Shown: positions 9,240 through 19,789, counted from the first letter of the stretch. The stretch is 64,000 nt of DNA from Pseudobdellovibrionaceae bacterium (GCA_039810425.1 JBDHWW010000011.1:12223-76222), one strand, 5' to 3'. Made by a program: numbers and translations. Notes: generated by a model from the letters alone, not told the origin.

Positions 9240-11954
9240 ATGGCGAAGAAATCAGCAGATGGTATTAAATTAGTAGTCGTAGAGTCGCCGACCAAGGCCA
9301 AAACCATTCGTAAATTCCTCGGGAAGGATTATGTGGTTGAGTCTTGCATGGGCCACATCCGCGATTTGCCGCAATCCGCAAAAGACATCCCTGAAAAAGT
9401 TAAAAAAGAAAAATGGGCTCAGCTCGGCGTGAACGTCGATAAAAATTTTGAGCCACTTTACTGCGTTCCGAAAGACAAAACCAAAGTTGTTAAGAATCTT
9501 AAAGACAAACTCGAAGAAGCCGCAGAGCTTTACCTTGCGACGGACGAAGACCGCGAAGGGGAGAGTATCAGCTGGCACTTGCTGGAAGTTTTGAAACCCA
9601 AAGTACCAACCAAGCGAATGGTGTTTCATGAGATCACGAAAGATGCGATCCAAAAATCACTGAGTGACACGCGCGAAATCGACTTTAATCTCGTCAAGGC
9701 CCAAGAGGCCCGCCGTGTTCTGGATCGTTTGGTGGGTTATACGATTTCTCCACTTCTTTGGAAAAAAGTGGCTTATGGTTTGTCCGCTGGCCGCGTTCAG
9801 TCGGTGGCGGTTCGTTTGATCGTGGAGCGCGAGCATGAGCGCATCCGTTTCAAAAGTTCGAGCTACTGGGGCATTCTGGCGAGCTTGCAAAAAGACGGTG
9901 TTGAATTCGAAGCCCGTTTGCAAAACGTCAACGCTCAGCGCGTGGCGACGGGTAAAGATTTCGACGGTACAACGGGTAAACTGGTTGCGGGTAAAGATGT
10001 TTTGGTGCTCGATGAAAAACGGGCCAAAGATCTTGCGACGGCAAGTAAATCAGGCTCATGGGTTGTTTCGGACGTTGAAGAAAAACCAACCACTCGTCGC
10101 CCGGCAGCCCCATTCATCACTTCGACTTTGCAACAAGAAGCCAATAGAAAAATGGGCTTGAGCTCACGTGAAACGATGCAAGTGGCGCAGAAGCTTTATG
10201 AACAGGGCTTTATCACTTACATGAGAACGGACTCGACATTCTTGTCGTCGGAGGCGATCACAGCGTCCCGCAATTGTATTCAAGGTAAATACGGTAGAGA
10301 GTATCTCCCGGGGGCCCCACGCTTCTATGCTGCGAAAAAAGTCAAAGGCGCGCAAGAGGCCCATGAAGCGATCCGCCCGGCGGGTGTGAGCTTTGTAGAT
10401 CCGGACGAAACGGGTCTGATAGGTACGCAGTTTAAACTTTACGATATGATCTGGAAGCGCACGATCGCCAGTCAAATGGTTGATGCTCGCCAGAAACAAG
10501 TCATTGCGAAAATTCAAGTCGGAGAAGCGCTCTTCGGTGCATCGGGCATGACAATTGAATTCCCGGGCTTCCTCCGCGCCTATGTGGAAGGCAGCGATGA
10601 TCCTGAAGCTGACTTGGCAGAACGCGAAGTGCGTTTACCGGCTTTGAAAGTCAAAGACGGCGTAAAATGCGCGAAAGCGGACCCGACCTCTCACGAAACA
10701 AAACCACCAGCGCGTTTCACGGAGGCCAGCCTGGTACAAACGATGGAAAAAGAGGGGATCGGCCGCCCGTCAACATACGCGTCGGTTATCGGCACCATCA
10801 TTGACCGCGGTTATGTTCGCAAGCTGGGCACGGCTTTGATTCCGACATTCACGGCGATGGTGGTTTCAAAACTCCTCAGTCGTTATCTTCCTCAGTATGT
10901 GGATCTTGGTTTTACCTCTGAAATGGAAAGATCTCTTGATGGAATCGCTGATGGTGATTTGGAGCTCGAAAAATATTTGAAATCGATTTATTTCGGACCA
11001 AAAGGCTTGAAAGAACAAGTCGAAGAGCAAGCGGGCAAAATTGATCCTGAAGATGCGCGTACGATCAAGCTCGAAGGCATGGAAAAATATGCTTTCCACG
11101 TCGGTCGGTACGGAGCTTATCTCACAACCCAGCGTGATGGCCAGGATGTCAGCGCTTCGTTGCCAGAGAGTGAATCTCCGGCGGACATCACTCCGGAGAT
11201 CGCGGAAAAACTCATCGATCAAAAGATCAATGGGGCAGATGCCCTTGGTAAAGATCCGGCAACCGACCAGCCGATCTACGTTCTCAATGGCCGCTATGGG
11301 CCTTACGTCCAATTGGGTGATGTGGGTGATACGGATAAACCTAAACGGGCGTCGCTTCCTCCGGGCGTGCAACCGGAAGATGTGACTTTGCCGATTGCTT
11401 TGGAATTGCTCAGCTTACCGAAAACCCTCGGCACCCATCCGGGTACCGGTAAAGAGATCAAAGCCGGTCTCGGCCGCTTCGGCCCGTTCGTTGTTTGTGA
11501 TGGCGACTATCGCTCTATTCCAAAAGGGGAAAGCATTTTCACAATCACTTTGGAAAGAGCTCTCGAGATGTTGAGCACGCCGAAAAAAGGCCGTGGTAAA
11601 GCGGCTCCGCTCAAGGACTTGGGCATGCACCCCGGCACCGAGCAAGCGATTCAGATCTACAACGGCCCCTATGGTCCGTACATCAAATCAGGAAAGACCA
11701 ACGTGTCTTTGCCCGAAGGGGCAACGGTAGAGACTGTGACGCTTGAGCAGGCGATTGAGCTTATCAACGATAAGGCCGGTACGACTTCGAAAAAGCCTAA
11801 AGGCAAGGCAAAGAAAGCCGCTGCTCCGAAAAAAGCTGCTGCTGCAAAAGAAGGAGCGGGACCAAGGGCGGCCAAAAAAACCGTCGGCAAGTCTGAAAAA
11901 GCTCAACAGTTTCAAGTTGCGAAAGTAGTGACTCGTAAAAAAGCTAAGAAATAA
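9240..11954 (+). CDS. topA: DNA topoisomerase I (type IA) with C-terminal repeats and a Lys-rich tail
   Basis: VVVESPTKAKTI, ATDEDREGE, SAGRVQS, catalytic ITYMRTDS, repeated GRYGPY. Confidence 0.97.
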   Translation: MAKKSADGIKLVVVESPTKAKTIRKFLGKDYVVESCMGHIRDLPQSAKDIPEKVKKEKWAQLGVNVDKNFEPLYCVPKDKTKVVKNLKDKLEEAAELYLATDEDREGESISWHLLEVLKPKVPTKRMVFHEITKDAIQKSLSDTREIDFNLVKAQEARRVLDRLVGYTISPLLWKKVAYGLSAGRVQSVAVRLIVEREHERIRFKSSSYWGILASLQKDGVEFEARLQNVNAQRVATGKDFDGTTGKLVAGKDVLVLDEKRAKDLATASKSGSWVVSDVEEKPTTRRPAAPFITSTLQQEANRKMGLSSRETMQVAQKLYEQGFITYMRTDSTFLSSEAITASRNCIQGKYGREYLPGAPRFYAAKKVKGAQEAHEAIRPAGVSFVDPDETGLIGTQFKLYDMIWKRTIASQMVDARQKQVIAKIQVGEALFGASGMTIEFPGFLRAYVEGSDDPEADLAEREVRLPALKVKDGVKCAKADPTSHETKPPARFTEASLVQTMEKEGIGRPSTYASVIGTIIDRGYVRKLGTALIPTFTAMVVSKLLSRYLPQYVDLGFTSEMERSLDGIADGDLELEKYLKSIYFGPKGLKEQVEEQAGKIDPEDARTIKLEGMEKYAFHVGRYGAYLTTQRDGQDVSASLPESESPADITPEIAEKLIDQKINGADALGKDPATDQPIYVLNGRYGPYVQLGDVGDTDKPKRASLPPGVQPEDVTLPIALELLSLPKTLGTHPGTGKEIKAGLGRFGPFVVCDGDYRSIPKGESIFTITLERALEMLSTPKKGRGKAAPLKDLGMHPGTEQAIQIYNGPYGPYIKSGKTNVSLPEGATVETVTLEQAIELINDKAGTTSKKPKGKAKKAAAPKKAAAAKEGAGPRAAKKTVGKSEKAQQFQVAKVVTRKKAKK

Positions 11955-11965
11955 GGAACTCTGAA

Positions 11966-12583
11966 ATGAAAAGAGTATTTGCAGCCCTGTTGGTATTTTC
12001 TTATTTTGTGGCCTCCCTGGCTCATGCGTGGGTCGACCCTGAAAATGAGGCCAAAAAATACCACCAAGTGAAGGCTTGGCAGGGGGTTGATTTTACCTTT
12101 ACCGGGTTCTCCTCATCGACGGGGACGAGGGCTGTAACCTATCGAAATGCGGTCAATGACTTCTGGGAGTGGAATGCCGGAACAGGGGTGGACGCCCTGG
12201 GCTGGTTCTTTACCGGCGGGGCCAACTATTTCTTCTATAACTGGCCTAAAACCACCTGTTTCTTTGCCTTTTCTTGCCACGGCCAAGTCTTGGTCGGCGG
12301 AAACCTCTACTATGCAAATGGCGGACGTACGACCTACACCCACAACGGAGCCGATACTATTTACGATCAAGGCAACTCCATGTATGCCCTGCCAGGGGTC
12401 GCTTTTCGCTCTATTTACCAGGAGTTTTTTTCACTCACCCTAGATGTGGGATACCGAGTCATGGTACAAAAGGCATCTATTAAACGTAGTTACGGCGCAC
12501 TGGTTCAGAGTGATATCGATGAAATGGAAAAAGCCAATGCTAGCGGTTTTGGCGCTTCGGTGGCTCTCGGGATCGTGTTCTAA
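11966..12583 (+). CDS. Putative small outer-membrane beta-barrel protein
   Basis: Signal peptide (AHA); alternating aromatic strands; C-terminal ASVALGIVF ending in Phe. Confidence 0.6.
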   Translation: MKRVFAALLVFSYFVASLAHAWVDPENEAKKYHQVKAWQGVDFTFTGFSSSTGTRAVTYRNAVNDFWEWNAGTGVDALGWFFTGGANYFFYNWPKTTCFFAFSCHGQVLVGGNLYYANGGRTTYTHNGADTIYDQGNSMYALPGVAFRSIYQEFFSLTLDVGYRVMVQKASIKRSYGALVQSDIDEMEKANASGFGASVALGIVF

Positions 12584-12601
12584 GGCCCTTGAGGTTTTGT
12601 T

Positions 12602-13504
12602 ATGACGAACTCCCACAAGGGGCAGTTGGAACTGGGGATCCAGCGGCTCCACGAAAAAGACAGAAATCATCATTTGGGTGGGCGTAGTTTCTATTTCTTC
12701 GACTTCGACGATAACATTGCGTTCCTTTCGACTCCCCTGATTTTGTTCAACAAAACGACCGGAGAAGAGCTGCGTGTCGGCAGTGGTGAATACGCAAAAA
12801 TCCATTCCATCATTGGTGAGCCAGGTCCTTTCCGGGACTATGAAGTTCGCTTTGACGATGAGACCGGCACATACCGTAATTTTCGTGACATCAACATCGG
12901 CGAGCTTGAAAAGCTTGAGGGTAAAAAGCAGATTTTCGTGCAGGATTTGGCGGAGGCTTTAGGCTTTCCGGATGTTCAGTGGAAAGGTCCTTCTTGGCAG
13001 TGCTTCTATCACGCCACCTTCAACCGCCGTCCAATTTCCGTGATCACTGCTCGTGGTCATCATCCTGAAACTTTGAAGGCGGGGATTCAGCTTTTCGTGG
13101 ATCGTCAGTTCCTTCCATATGAGCCAAACTATTTGAGTTTGTTTCCCGTGAACCATAAGCCGACTCGTCATGTACTGGGTGATACCGATCTCACGATGAA
13201 CGCGGCACAGTTAAAACAAAAAGCGATCCGGGCCAGTGTGGAAAGAGCGTTGGAAGTTTATGGTCACAGTCCACATCACCGCTTTGGAATGTCCGACGAT
13301 GATCCAAAGAACATCCAATTGATCGCAGAAGAGATGATTCGCTTAAAGGCGGATTATCCTGAAATGTCTTTCTTTTTGATTGCCACCCATGATGGCAATT
13401 TCGTCAAGCACGAGATCACTCGTCATGGATCTGAGCCCAAAGTAGGTGAGGCTAGCGGTGTAAATCAGCTCAATTTGTTTGATATTGATAGACATAGGTC
13501 CTAA
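12602..13504 (+). CDS. Uncharacterised HAD-superfamily phosphatase-like protein
   Basis: FFDFDDNI (DxD), VITARGH, K in QLKQKA, GMSDDDPKN. Confidence 0.65.
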   Translation: MTNSHKGQLELGIQRLHEKDRNHHLGGRSFYFFDFDDNIAFLSTPLILFNKTTGEELRVGSGEYAKIHSIIGEPGPFRDYEVRFDDETGTYRNFRDINIGELEKLEGKKQIFVQDLAEALGFPDVQWKGPSWQCFYHATFNRRPISVITARGHHPETLKAGIQLFVDRQFLPYEPNYLSLFPVNHKPTRHVLGDTDLTMNAAQLKQKAIRASVERALEVYGHSPHHRFGMSDDDPKNIQLIAEEMIRLKADYPEMSFFLIATHDGNFVKHEITRHGSEPKVGEASGVNQLNLFDIDRHRS

Positions 13505-13615
13505 CGCATAGCCGACCATATTTTCTTTGTTTAGCCGATAATTTGAATGATCTCGCTTAGATATTTGTTATTCTAGATGGATCGACCTTACAGGTAGACC
13601 ATAGGAAGGATATAC

Positions 13616-15634
13616 ATGGGCTTATTCAAAGGAATTGCCTCGCTTGTTCTAGCGGGATCTTTTTTGTTCTTCACTTCAAACTCACACGCACAAGGTAAAG
13701 ATGATCTCGAGTGCCAGTATTTGAGCGCCATCGAAGGTGGGTTCCTTGCAAACCACATCCGCTATTCAAATCGTGATAGTGAATTGGCAAATCACACTAT
13801 CGAGCAATATATTAAGCGCATTGATCCTTCGAAAATCTATTTGCTTTCAACAGACGTTGATCAAATCAAAGGCTGGATGTCGAATTTGTTTGAGAAGACA
13901 AAAAACAAAGATTGTTCCTTCTTAGCTGAAACGCAGAAGTTGTTGGTGAAGCGTGCGGAAGATCGCGCCGCTTTTGCAAAAACATTCTTGGGCAAAGATT
14001 ACAAATTTGATCCAAAAACTGAATTCACTTTTGATCCCGATAAAAAGTCTTTTCCTAAAAATTCTGATGAAGCCAATGACTTCTTGAAAAAGTACATCCA
14101 CTTCCAGATCGCGAACTATCAAGCGACTGATATGAAGATGGATGAGGCGAAGAAAAACGTGATCAAGACTTATGATCGCGCCGTGAAGCGCTTGCGGGAC
14201 ACAAAAGAAACGGACCTGTACTCAGACTACTTGGATAGTTTCGCAAGAGCTTTGGACCCACATTCAAGCTTTTTCTCCCGCGACAGCTTGGAAGATTTTG
14301 AAATTCAAATGCGTTTGTCATTGGAAGGCATCGGCGCCACTCTTTCTTCCCAAGACGGGTTCACTGTTGTCGAGCAGTTGGTTCCCGGCGGCGCGGCCGC
14401 GAAATCTGGTTTGATCGAGCCACAAGATAAAATCATCGCTGTCGGTCAAGACAAAGGCGCGATGGAAAACGTGATTGACATGGATTTGAAAGACGTTGTT
14501 AAGAAGATCCGTGGCGCTAAAGGCACCAAAGTTCGTTTGACGATCCTCCGCAAAAAAGGTGAAAGCAAACAGCGTCTCGATGTTTCTTTGACCCGTGAAA
14601 AAGTAAACTTGGAGGATGAAGCCGCTTCGATCATTTACCAGGACAAAGAGGTCAACGGGAAAAAGAAGAAGATCGGTATCATCAACTTCCCATCATTTTA
14701 TGCGGACTCTCGCCGCGGCGGACGTTCTTCAGCAGCAGACTTGAAAAAGATCATTAAAGAAGCCAACGAAAAGAAAGTAGACGGGTTGGTGCTCGATCTT
14801 TCTAATAACGGTGGCGGCAGTTTGGAGGATGCGGTGAAAATCGCCGGCCTCTTCTTCAAGACGGGTAACGTTGTAAAACAATCCTCTCGTGATGCAAGCC
14901 GTGGCGAACAGACTTTGAGTGATACGGATCCCGCAGTGGACTGGGCGGGGCCGTTGGTTCTTCTTACAAGCCGTATCAGTGCTTCCGCTTCCGAGATCGT
15001 TGCCGGTACCCTGCAAGATTACAAGCGTGCGGTGATCGTAGGCGGTGACCATACGTTCGGTAAAGGGTCTGTTCAGTCAGTCTTGCCGATGCCCAAAAAC
15101 CTAGGTGCTTTGAAGGTGACTGTCGGCATGTTCTTTGTACCGGGCGGCAACTCGACTCAGCACCGTGGTGTTGAAGCCGACGTTGTATTGCCGGGCCCTT
15201 ACAGCACCGATGATATCGGTGAAAAGTTCCTGGACTACTCTTTGCCTCCGCAAAAGATCGCTCCTTTCTTGTCACCTGAAGCTTATGTCAAAGAAGGCTC
15301 GGGCGCCTGGTCCATGATCAAGCCTGAGTGGATCAAGTCTTTGCGTGATAAGTCGGTTGCTCGGGTTGAAAAGAGCGATGACTTCAAGAAGATCGAGGAC
15401 GAGTTGAAGAAGGCAAAGGCCCGCGGCAAGTTGATTAAAGTCAGCGAAGTTCTGAAAGATAAGAGTGAAACCAAGAATAAAAAAGAAAAAGAAAAGGTGG
15501 CCCGTTACGGCAATAAAGATCAGAAGAACAAAGAGTACTTGAAACGTCCGGATGTCAATGAGGCCACCAATGTTTTGATGGACTTGATGGAGTCAGAAGT
15601 GGCTCAGCCGACGGGTAAGCAGGCGGCGAATTAA
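13616..15634 (+). CDS. prc: Carboxy-terminal processing (tail-specific) protease, S41 family with PDZ
   Basis: LDPHSSF, LEGIGATL, DLSNNGGGSL, SASASEIVAG, TFGKGSVQ; signal peptide. Confidence 0.93.
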   Translation: MGLFKGIASLVLAGSFLFFTSNSHAQGKDDLECQYLSAIEGGFLANHIRYSNRDSELANHTIEQYIKRIDPSKIYLLSTDVDQIKGWMSNLFEKTKNKDCSFLAETQKLLVKRAEDRAAFAKTFLGKDYKFDPKTEFTFDPDKKSFPKNSDEANDFLKKYIHFQIANYQATDMKMDEAKKNVIKTYDRAVKRLRDTKETDLYSDYLDSFARALDPHSSFFSRDSLEDFEIQMRLSLEGIGATLSSQDGFTVVEQLVPGGAAAKSGLIEPQDKIIAVGQDKGAMENVIDMDLKDVVKKIRGAKGTKVRLTILRKKGESKQRLDVSLTREKVNLEDEAASIIYQDKEVNGKKKKIGIINFPSFYADSRRGGRSSAADLKKIIKEANEKKVDGLVLDLSNNGGGSLEDAVKIAGLFFKTGNVVKQSSRDASRGEQTLSDTDPAVDWAGPLVLLTSRISASASEIVAGTLQDYKRAVIVGGDHTFGKGSVQSVLPMPKNLGALKVTVGMFFVPGGNSTQHRGVEADVVLPGPYSTDDIGEKFLDYSLPPQKIAPFLSPEAYVKEGSGAWSMIKPEWIKSLRDKSVARVEKSDDFKKIEDELKKAKARGKLIKVSEVLKDKSETKNKKEKEKVARYGNKDQKNKEYLKRPDVNEATNVLMDLMESEVAQPTGKQAAN

Positions 15635-15685
15635 TCTCGTTGTTTTACAAGAGTTTATAAAAAGCCCTGGAAGCGACCCTCTTAC

Positions 15686-15726
15686 GATGACCCACATCTT
15701 TTACCGGATGTGGGTTTCGTTTTTTT
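15686..15726 (+). terminator. Rho-independent terminator after prc
   Basis: acccacatc-ttttaccg-gatgtgggt followed by a T-run. Confidence 0.75.
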
Positions 15727-15903
15727 AAAGACAGAGTTTTGGGAGCATAGGGTCCCGCTTTCCCGCAAACTTTGCCCCCGTGAGGTCCCTCTGATCTTGT
15801 GCATTTTGGGAAGATCTTCATTGCTATACGCGTCAATGGGGTTTCTGCGCGACAAAAGCCTTCGTTATCGCTTAGATATTTCTACTTTTGGAGGCTCATA
15901 GAA

Positions 15904-17010
15904 ATGTCTAAAAAGACCACGAAATCCAGTGCCAAGGCTAAAGCGCCGACTAAGCCAGTATTGGTGAAGGCGGCCACTAAGGCCAAGAAGGCAGCGCCTA
16001 AAAAATCAAAATCTGATTTTGGTGGATTGTCTGAAGAACTTTTGCTGAAAATGCACAATTTGATGGTGAAATCTCGCGTGCTCGAAGAGCGCGTGATTAA
16101 GATTTACAAAGCTGGTGAGGGTTACTTCTGGATTGGGGGGCCGGGTGAGGAGGCTTTCGGTGTTCCACTCGGTCTGCTTGCTCGCAAAGGTCAAGGTCTG
16201 GCCTATGACTGGTTCCATTTGCATTACCGTTGTACACCAACCATGGTGGCTCTCGGCATGCCGATGATCGATGCGACTCGCTTGATGATGAACCGTGTGA
16301 CGGACCCATCAACAGGTGGCCGTAACTTCGCAGGTCACTATTGCTTTCCTAAGTGGAACGTGGCGCCTGTGACTTCTCCGATCGAAGTTCAGTATCCGTT
16401 GGCTTGTGGTACGGCGCACGCGCAAAAGCGTGCCGGGCACAAAGCGATTAGCATCGTCACTGGTGGTGACGCTGGAACCGCGGAAGGTGATTTCGCGACT
16501 TCTTTGATTTGGGCTTCTCGTAAAGGCCAAGAGCTTCCGGTGTTGATGACAGTTCAGAACAACGGTTTCGGTATTTCAACTCCGTATGAAGGCCAGCACG
16601 GTGAAACGCAAATCGCGGATCGTGCAAAAGCTTTCAATATCCGTTCACGCGTGATTAACGGCAATGATCCTGTTGAGGCATATCTCGCTCTTGAAGAGGA
16701 GATGGAATACATCCGTAAAACGGGTAAGCCATCTTTTGTTGAAGTTTATGTTTCCCGTTTGTACGGTCATTCTTCTGCAGACGGTGCGAACCGTAAGACA
16801 GAATTCGTCGATCCCGTATTTGTTTTTGAAAAGCGCTTGCTCGATGCAGGTATTCTGACAAAAGAAGAGTCCGCAAAAATTTGGGAAGGATACGAGGCAG
16901 AGGGCGTTGAAGCTCAAGTTCAGGCACGTAGCGAGCCAAGCCCGTCGGCAGACTCGGTGTGGGATCATGTTTATGTGGGAAATGAAACTGCCGATTGGAG
17001 GAAGTTCTAA
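15904..17010 (+). CDS. 2-oxoacid (probably branched-chain) dehydrogenase E1 alpha subunit
   Basis: ThDP motif GDAGTAEGDF...QNNGFGIST; RLYGHSSAD; GGAGG RBS before ATG 15904. Confidence 0.9.
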   Translation: MSKKTTKSSAKAKAPTKPVLVKAATKAKKAAPKKSKSDFGGLSEELLLKMHNLMVKSRVLEERVIKIYKAGEGYFWIGGPGEEAFGVPLGLLARKGQGLAYDWFHLHYRCTPTMVALGMPMIDATRLMMNRVTDPSTGGRNFAGHYCFPKWNVAPVTSPIEVQYPLACGTAHAQKRAGHKAISIVTGGDAGTAEGDFATSLIWASRKGQELPVLMTVQNNGFGISTPYEGQHGETQIADRAKAFNIRSRVINGNDPVEAYLALEEEMEYIRKTGKPSFVEVYVSRLYGHSSADGANRKTEFVDPVFVFEKRLLDAGILTKEESAKIWEGYEAEGVEAQVQARSEPSPSADSVWDHVYVGNETADWRKF

Positions 17011-18065
17011 TGGCGAGTGTAGCACAGGCCATTAGAATGGCCCTTCACTATGGTGAAAAGCATCTCGGTGTTAAAGATATCTTTGGTCAAGACGTGGGTG
17101 CGCCTCTCGGGGGAGTTTTCACGGCGACGCAAGGTTTGAAGACCGCTTGGAATTCTCCACTGGATGAACGCGGTATCATCAGCATGGCAATGGGTATTGC
17201 GATGACGGGCGACCGTTGCGTGGCCGAGATTCAATTCGCGGACTATATTTTTAATACAATCGATTTGCTTAAAATTGCGGGTAATACTTTGTGGGTGACG
17301 AACGGACAGGTTGAGTTGCCAATGGTCGTGATGACTCCCGTCGGCGCGGGGATCTTCGGGTCTATTTATCACTCACATTCATTCGATGCATGGGCATCCC
17401 GCTTACCGGGCTGGAAGATCGTGATGCCCTCAAATCCACTCGACGCTTACGGCTTGATGCTTGCGGCAATTCAGGATCCGAATCCGGTATTGTATCTTAA
17501 GTCAAAAGCTTTGATGCGCCATAAAGGCGATGAATTGATCCCGGGTGAGCCTGCGGATGAAAAAGAACTCAAAGCTATGATTGATAAGCCAGTTCAGAAC
17601 TTCACTCACTGGAAAGCGAAGTGGCCGGAACTCGAAGAGTACATCGTACCTATCGGTAAAGGTAAAATCACTCACGGGGGTGAGCACATCACGGTTGTTA
17701 CCTACAGCCGCATGGTGCACCTGTGCGATGACATTGCGAAGAAATTGGCGGGAGAAGGTATTTCTGTTGAAGTGATCGATCTTCGTTCTATTTACCCTTA
17801 CGACTGGCAGATGATTAAAGCATCTGTTGAGAAAACGGGCCGTGTCCTCTTTGTAAACGAGGACACTGAAGTGACAAACTTCGGTGAGCACTTGGCTTAC
17901 AGGACAACGCAAGAATGTTTCTATAATTTGTTGGCTCGTCCTCGCGTCGTTGCGGGTAAGCATCTTCCAGGTATTGGTCTGGCGCCAAATCTTGAGAAGA
18001 ACTCAGTACCGCAAATCTCAGATATAGAAACAGCGATCCGTGACGTCGTAGCGGAAGTTCCTTAA
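17010..18065 (+). CDS. 2-oxoacid dehydrogenase E1 beta subunit
   Basis: GGVFTATQGL, NSPLDERGI, AEIQFADYI, YHSHS, EVIDLRSI; TAATG overlap with the alpha gene. Confidence 0.92.
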   Translation: MASVAQAIRMALHYGEKHLGVKDIFGQDVGAPLGGVFTATQGLKTAWNSPLDERGIISMAMGIAMTGDRCVAEIQFADYIFNTIDLLKIAGNTLWVTNGQVELPMVVMTPVGAGIFGSIYHSHSFDAWASRLPGWKIVMPSNPLDAYGLMLAAIQDPNPVLYLKSKALMRHKGDELIPGEPADEKELKAMIDKPVQNFTHWKAKWPELEEYIVPIGKGKITHGGEHITVVTYSRMVHLCDDIAKKLAGEGISVEVIDLRSIYPYDWQMIKASVEKTGRVLFVNEDTEVTNFGEHLAYRTTQECFYNLLARPRVVAGKHLPGIGLAPNLEKNSVPQISDIETAIRDVVAEVP

Positions 18066-18907
18066 TGGCAGCAAAGCTTGAGATTCATCGTAAGAAAGTA
18101 CGCCGTCGTGTAAATAAAAAACGCGCGCGTATCGTGTTTGATAAATACGATCTTTACCGCCGTGCTGTTCAATCTGCGGAAAACGACGTTGTTTTTATCC
18201 GTGATACGTATAAGGAACTTAAGAAACGTAGCGCGCGGACGTTTCGCGAAGACTTCTGCGGAACTTTCGCATTATCGACGGAGTGGATTAAATTGAATCC
18301 TCGTCACGAGGCTGTGGGTATTGATCTTGATCCGGAGCCAATGGCTTACGGAAAGACGCATTACTTGTCTAAGCTCAAAGCGGAACAACAAAAGCGCATG
18401 AGCTTGCTTGAACGAAACGTGCTGCAGCCGAATCTGCCAAAGGCAGATATCGTGGCGGCGATGAATTTCTCATATTTCTGTTTTAAGTCCCGTGAGGTGA
18501 TGAAGCTCTACTTTGCCAACGTTTACAAAACGCTTGGTAAGGACGGTATTTTCCTTGTGGACTGCTTTGGCGGTTCCCAATGTCAGGGGCCGATTGAAGA
18601 TACAATCAAATTGGATGGCTTTACTTACTACTGGGATCAAAGTAATTACGATCCTGTGAGTGGCGAGGCTTTATTCTATATTCACTTCAGAGTGGGTAAA
18701 CAGAAGATTGAAAAGGTTTTTACTTACGACTGGCGTGTGTGGTCTATTCCAGAGCTTCGTGAAATTATGAGCGAGGTGGGTTTTAAAAAAACTCATGTGT
18801 ACTGGGAAGGAACTGCGAAAGACGGATCGGGTGATGGCGTATTCACCCGTACTGAAAAAGGCGAATCCTGCGACAGCTGGATCGCTTACATCGTTGCTGA
18901 AAAATAA
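18065..18907 (+). CDS. Class I SAM-dependent methyltransferase
   Basis: REDFCGT motif I variant, GIDLD, DIVAAMNFS, GIFLVD; TAATG overlap with E1 beta. Confidence 0.8.
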   Translation: MAAKLEIHRKKVRRRVNKKRARIVFDKYDLYRRAVQSAENDVVFIRDTYKELKKRSARTFREDFCGTFALSTEWIKLNPRHEAVGIDLDPEPMAYGKTHYLSKLKAEQQKRMSLLERNVLQPNLPKADIVAAMNFSYFCFKSREVMKLYFANVYKTLGKDGIFLVDCFGGSQCQGPIEDTIKLDGFTYYWDQSNYDPVSGEALFYIHFRVGKQKIEKVFTYDWRVWSIPELREIMSEVGFKKTHVYWEGTAKDGSGDGVFTRTEKGESCDSWIAYIVAEK

Positions 18908-19789
18908 TTACTGAGCAGCGCCGCTGCCACTCGTAAAGTTATAGAGGCTTGGACCGCTTCCTGCAGGAGCGCTGCTCTTAGGCGCGGAGCCGGAAGGCTT
19001 TATATTGGACTGGCGACTCACCTCACAGAAACTCTTGCCGTCGTCGTAGTTTGGTAGGGCGCAGGAGCTTTTCAAAGCTTCACAGAGCCGAATGCTCTCT
19101 GGGCTGCGTGTTCCATTGTGTATAAGGGCCGGGTTCTTTGCTTGCATTTCTTTTACCTGTCTAAAACACTCTTTTAGATCTTCAGAGTAAGATCCATTTT
19201 TTATTGCTGCATTGAAGAATTTTTGGCGTTGATCAGGAGTGCTTCCTGAAAAGGTATCATTTTGAAATATGGCTTTAATGTCATCCATGCTGTTAAAGCC
19301 CAGTTGTTTTACAAGCATTTCGGTTTCTCGAGTATTGAAGGCACTTTGTGAAGTGTCGGCATTGACAGGTTTTGTTCCCGTCCCAAGGACCATTAAGGCC
19401 ACGTTTTTAGGAGCGCCTTCTTTCATGCCTTTTCCGCCGTAGCCCACAGATCGGGCGATCGCCTGTCCGTTAGCGTCTGTGAGCTCTGATAGGCAAAAAC
19501 CATTGGCTTGAATAAATTCGATTATTTTTTGCTGATATGCTATTCTTTCCAAACCGCCGGTGCCATTCGTACCTTTTTGGAATCTCTGCATTCCAAAGCC
19601 AACAAGTGCTAAAAATTTTGCTGAAGGAGTCAGGCCCGGGCTTCCTCCACGCCCCGTCGCGGTCTCCACACCATCGGAAATGCATTCGAGTTCTGCAGTT
19701 TTAAGAAAAATAGAGTCATTGAATGCGTGGGCGAAAAACGGTAAAATGATCAAGCTAACCGCGACTGCGGATTTTGCAAAACGAAGCAT
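18908..19789 (-). CDS. Secreted hypothetical protein (several Cys, Ser/Gly-rich tail)
   Basis: AGGGGG RBS before ATG 19789; signal peptide ending AHA. Confidence 0.7.
   Translation of the reverse strand: MLRFAKSAVAVSLIILPFFAHAFNDSIFLKTAELECISDGVETATGRGGSPGLTPSAKFLALVGFGMQRFQKGTNGTGGLERIAYQQKIIEFIQANGFCLSELTDANGQAIARSVGYGGKGMKEGAPKNVALMVLGTGTKPVNADTSQSAFNTRETEMLVKQLGFNSMDDIKAIFQNDTFSGSTPDQRQKFFNAAIKNGSYSEDLKECFRQVKEMQAKNPALIHNGTRSPESIRLCEALKSSCALPNYDDGKSFCEVSRQSNIKPSGSAPKSSAPAGSGPSLYNFTSGSGAAQ

Noticed and set aside
15799..15903. Longer N-terminus of E1 alpha
   Set aside because: GGAGG RBS supports ATG 15904
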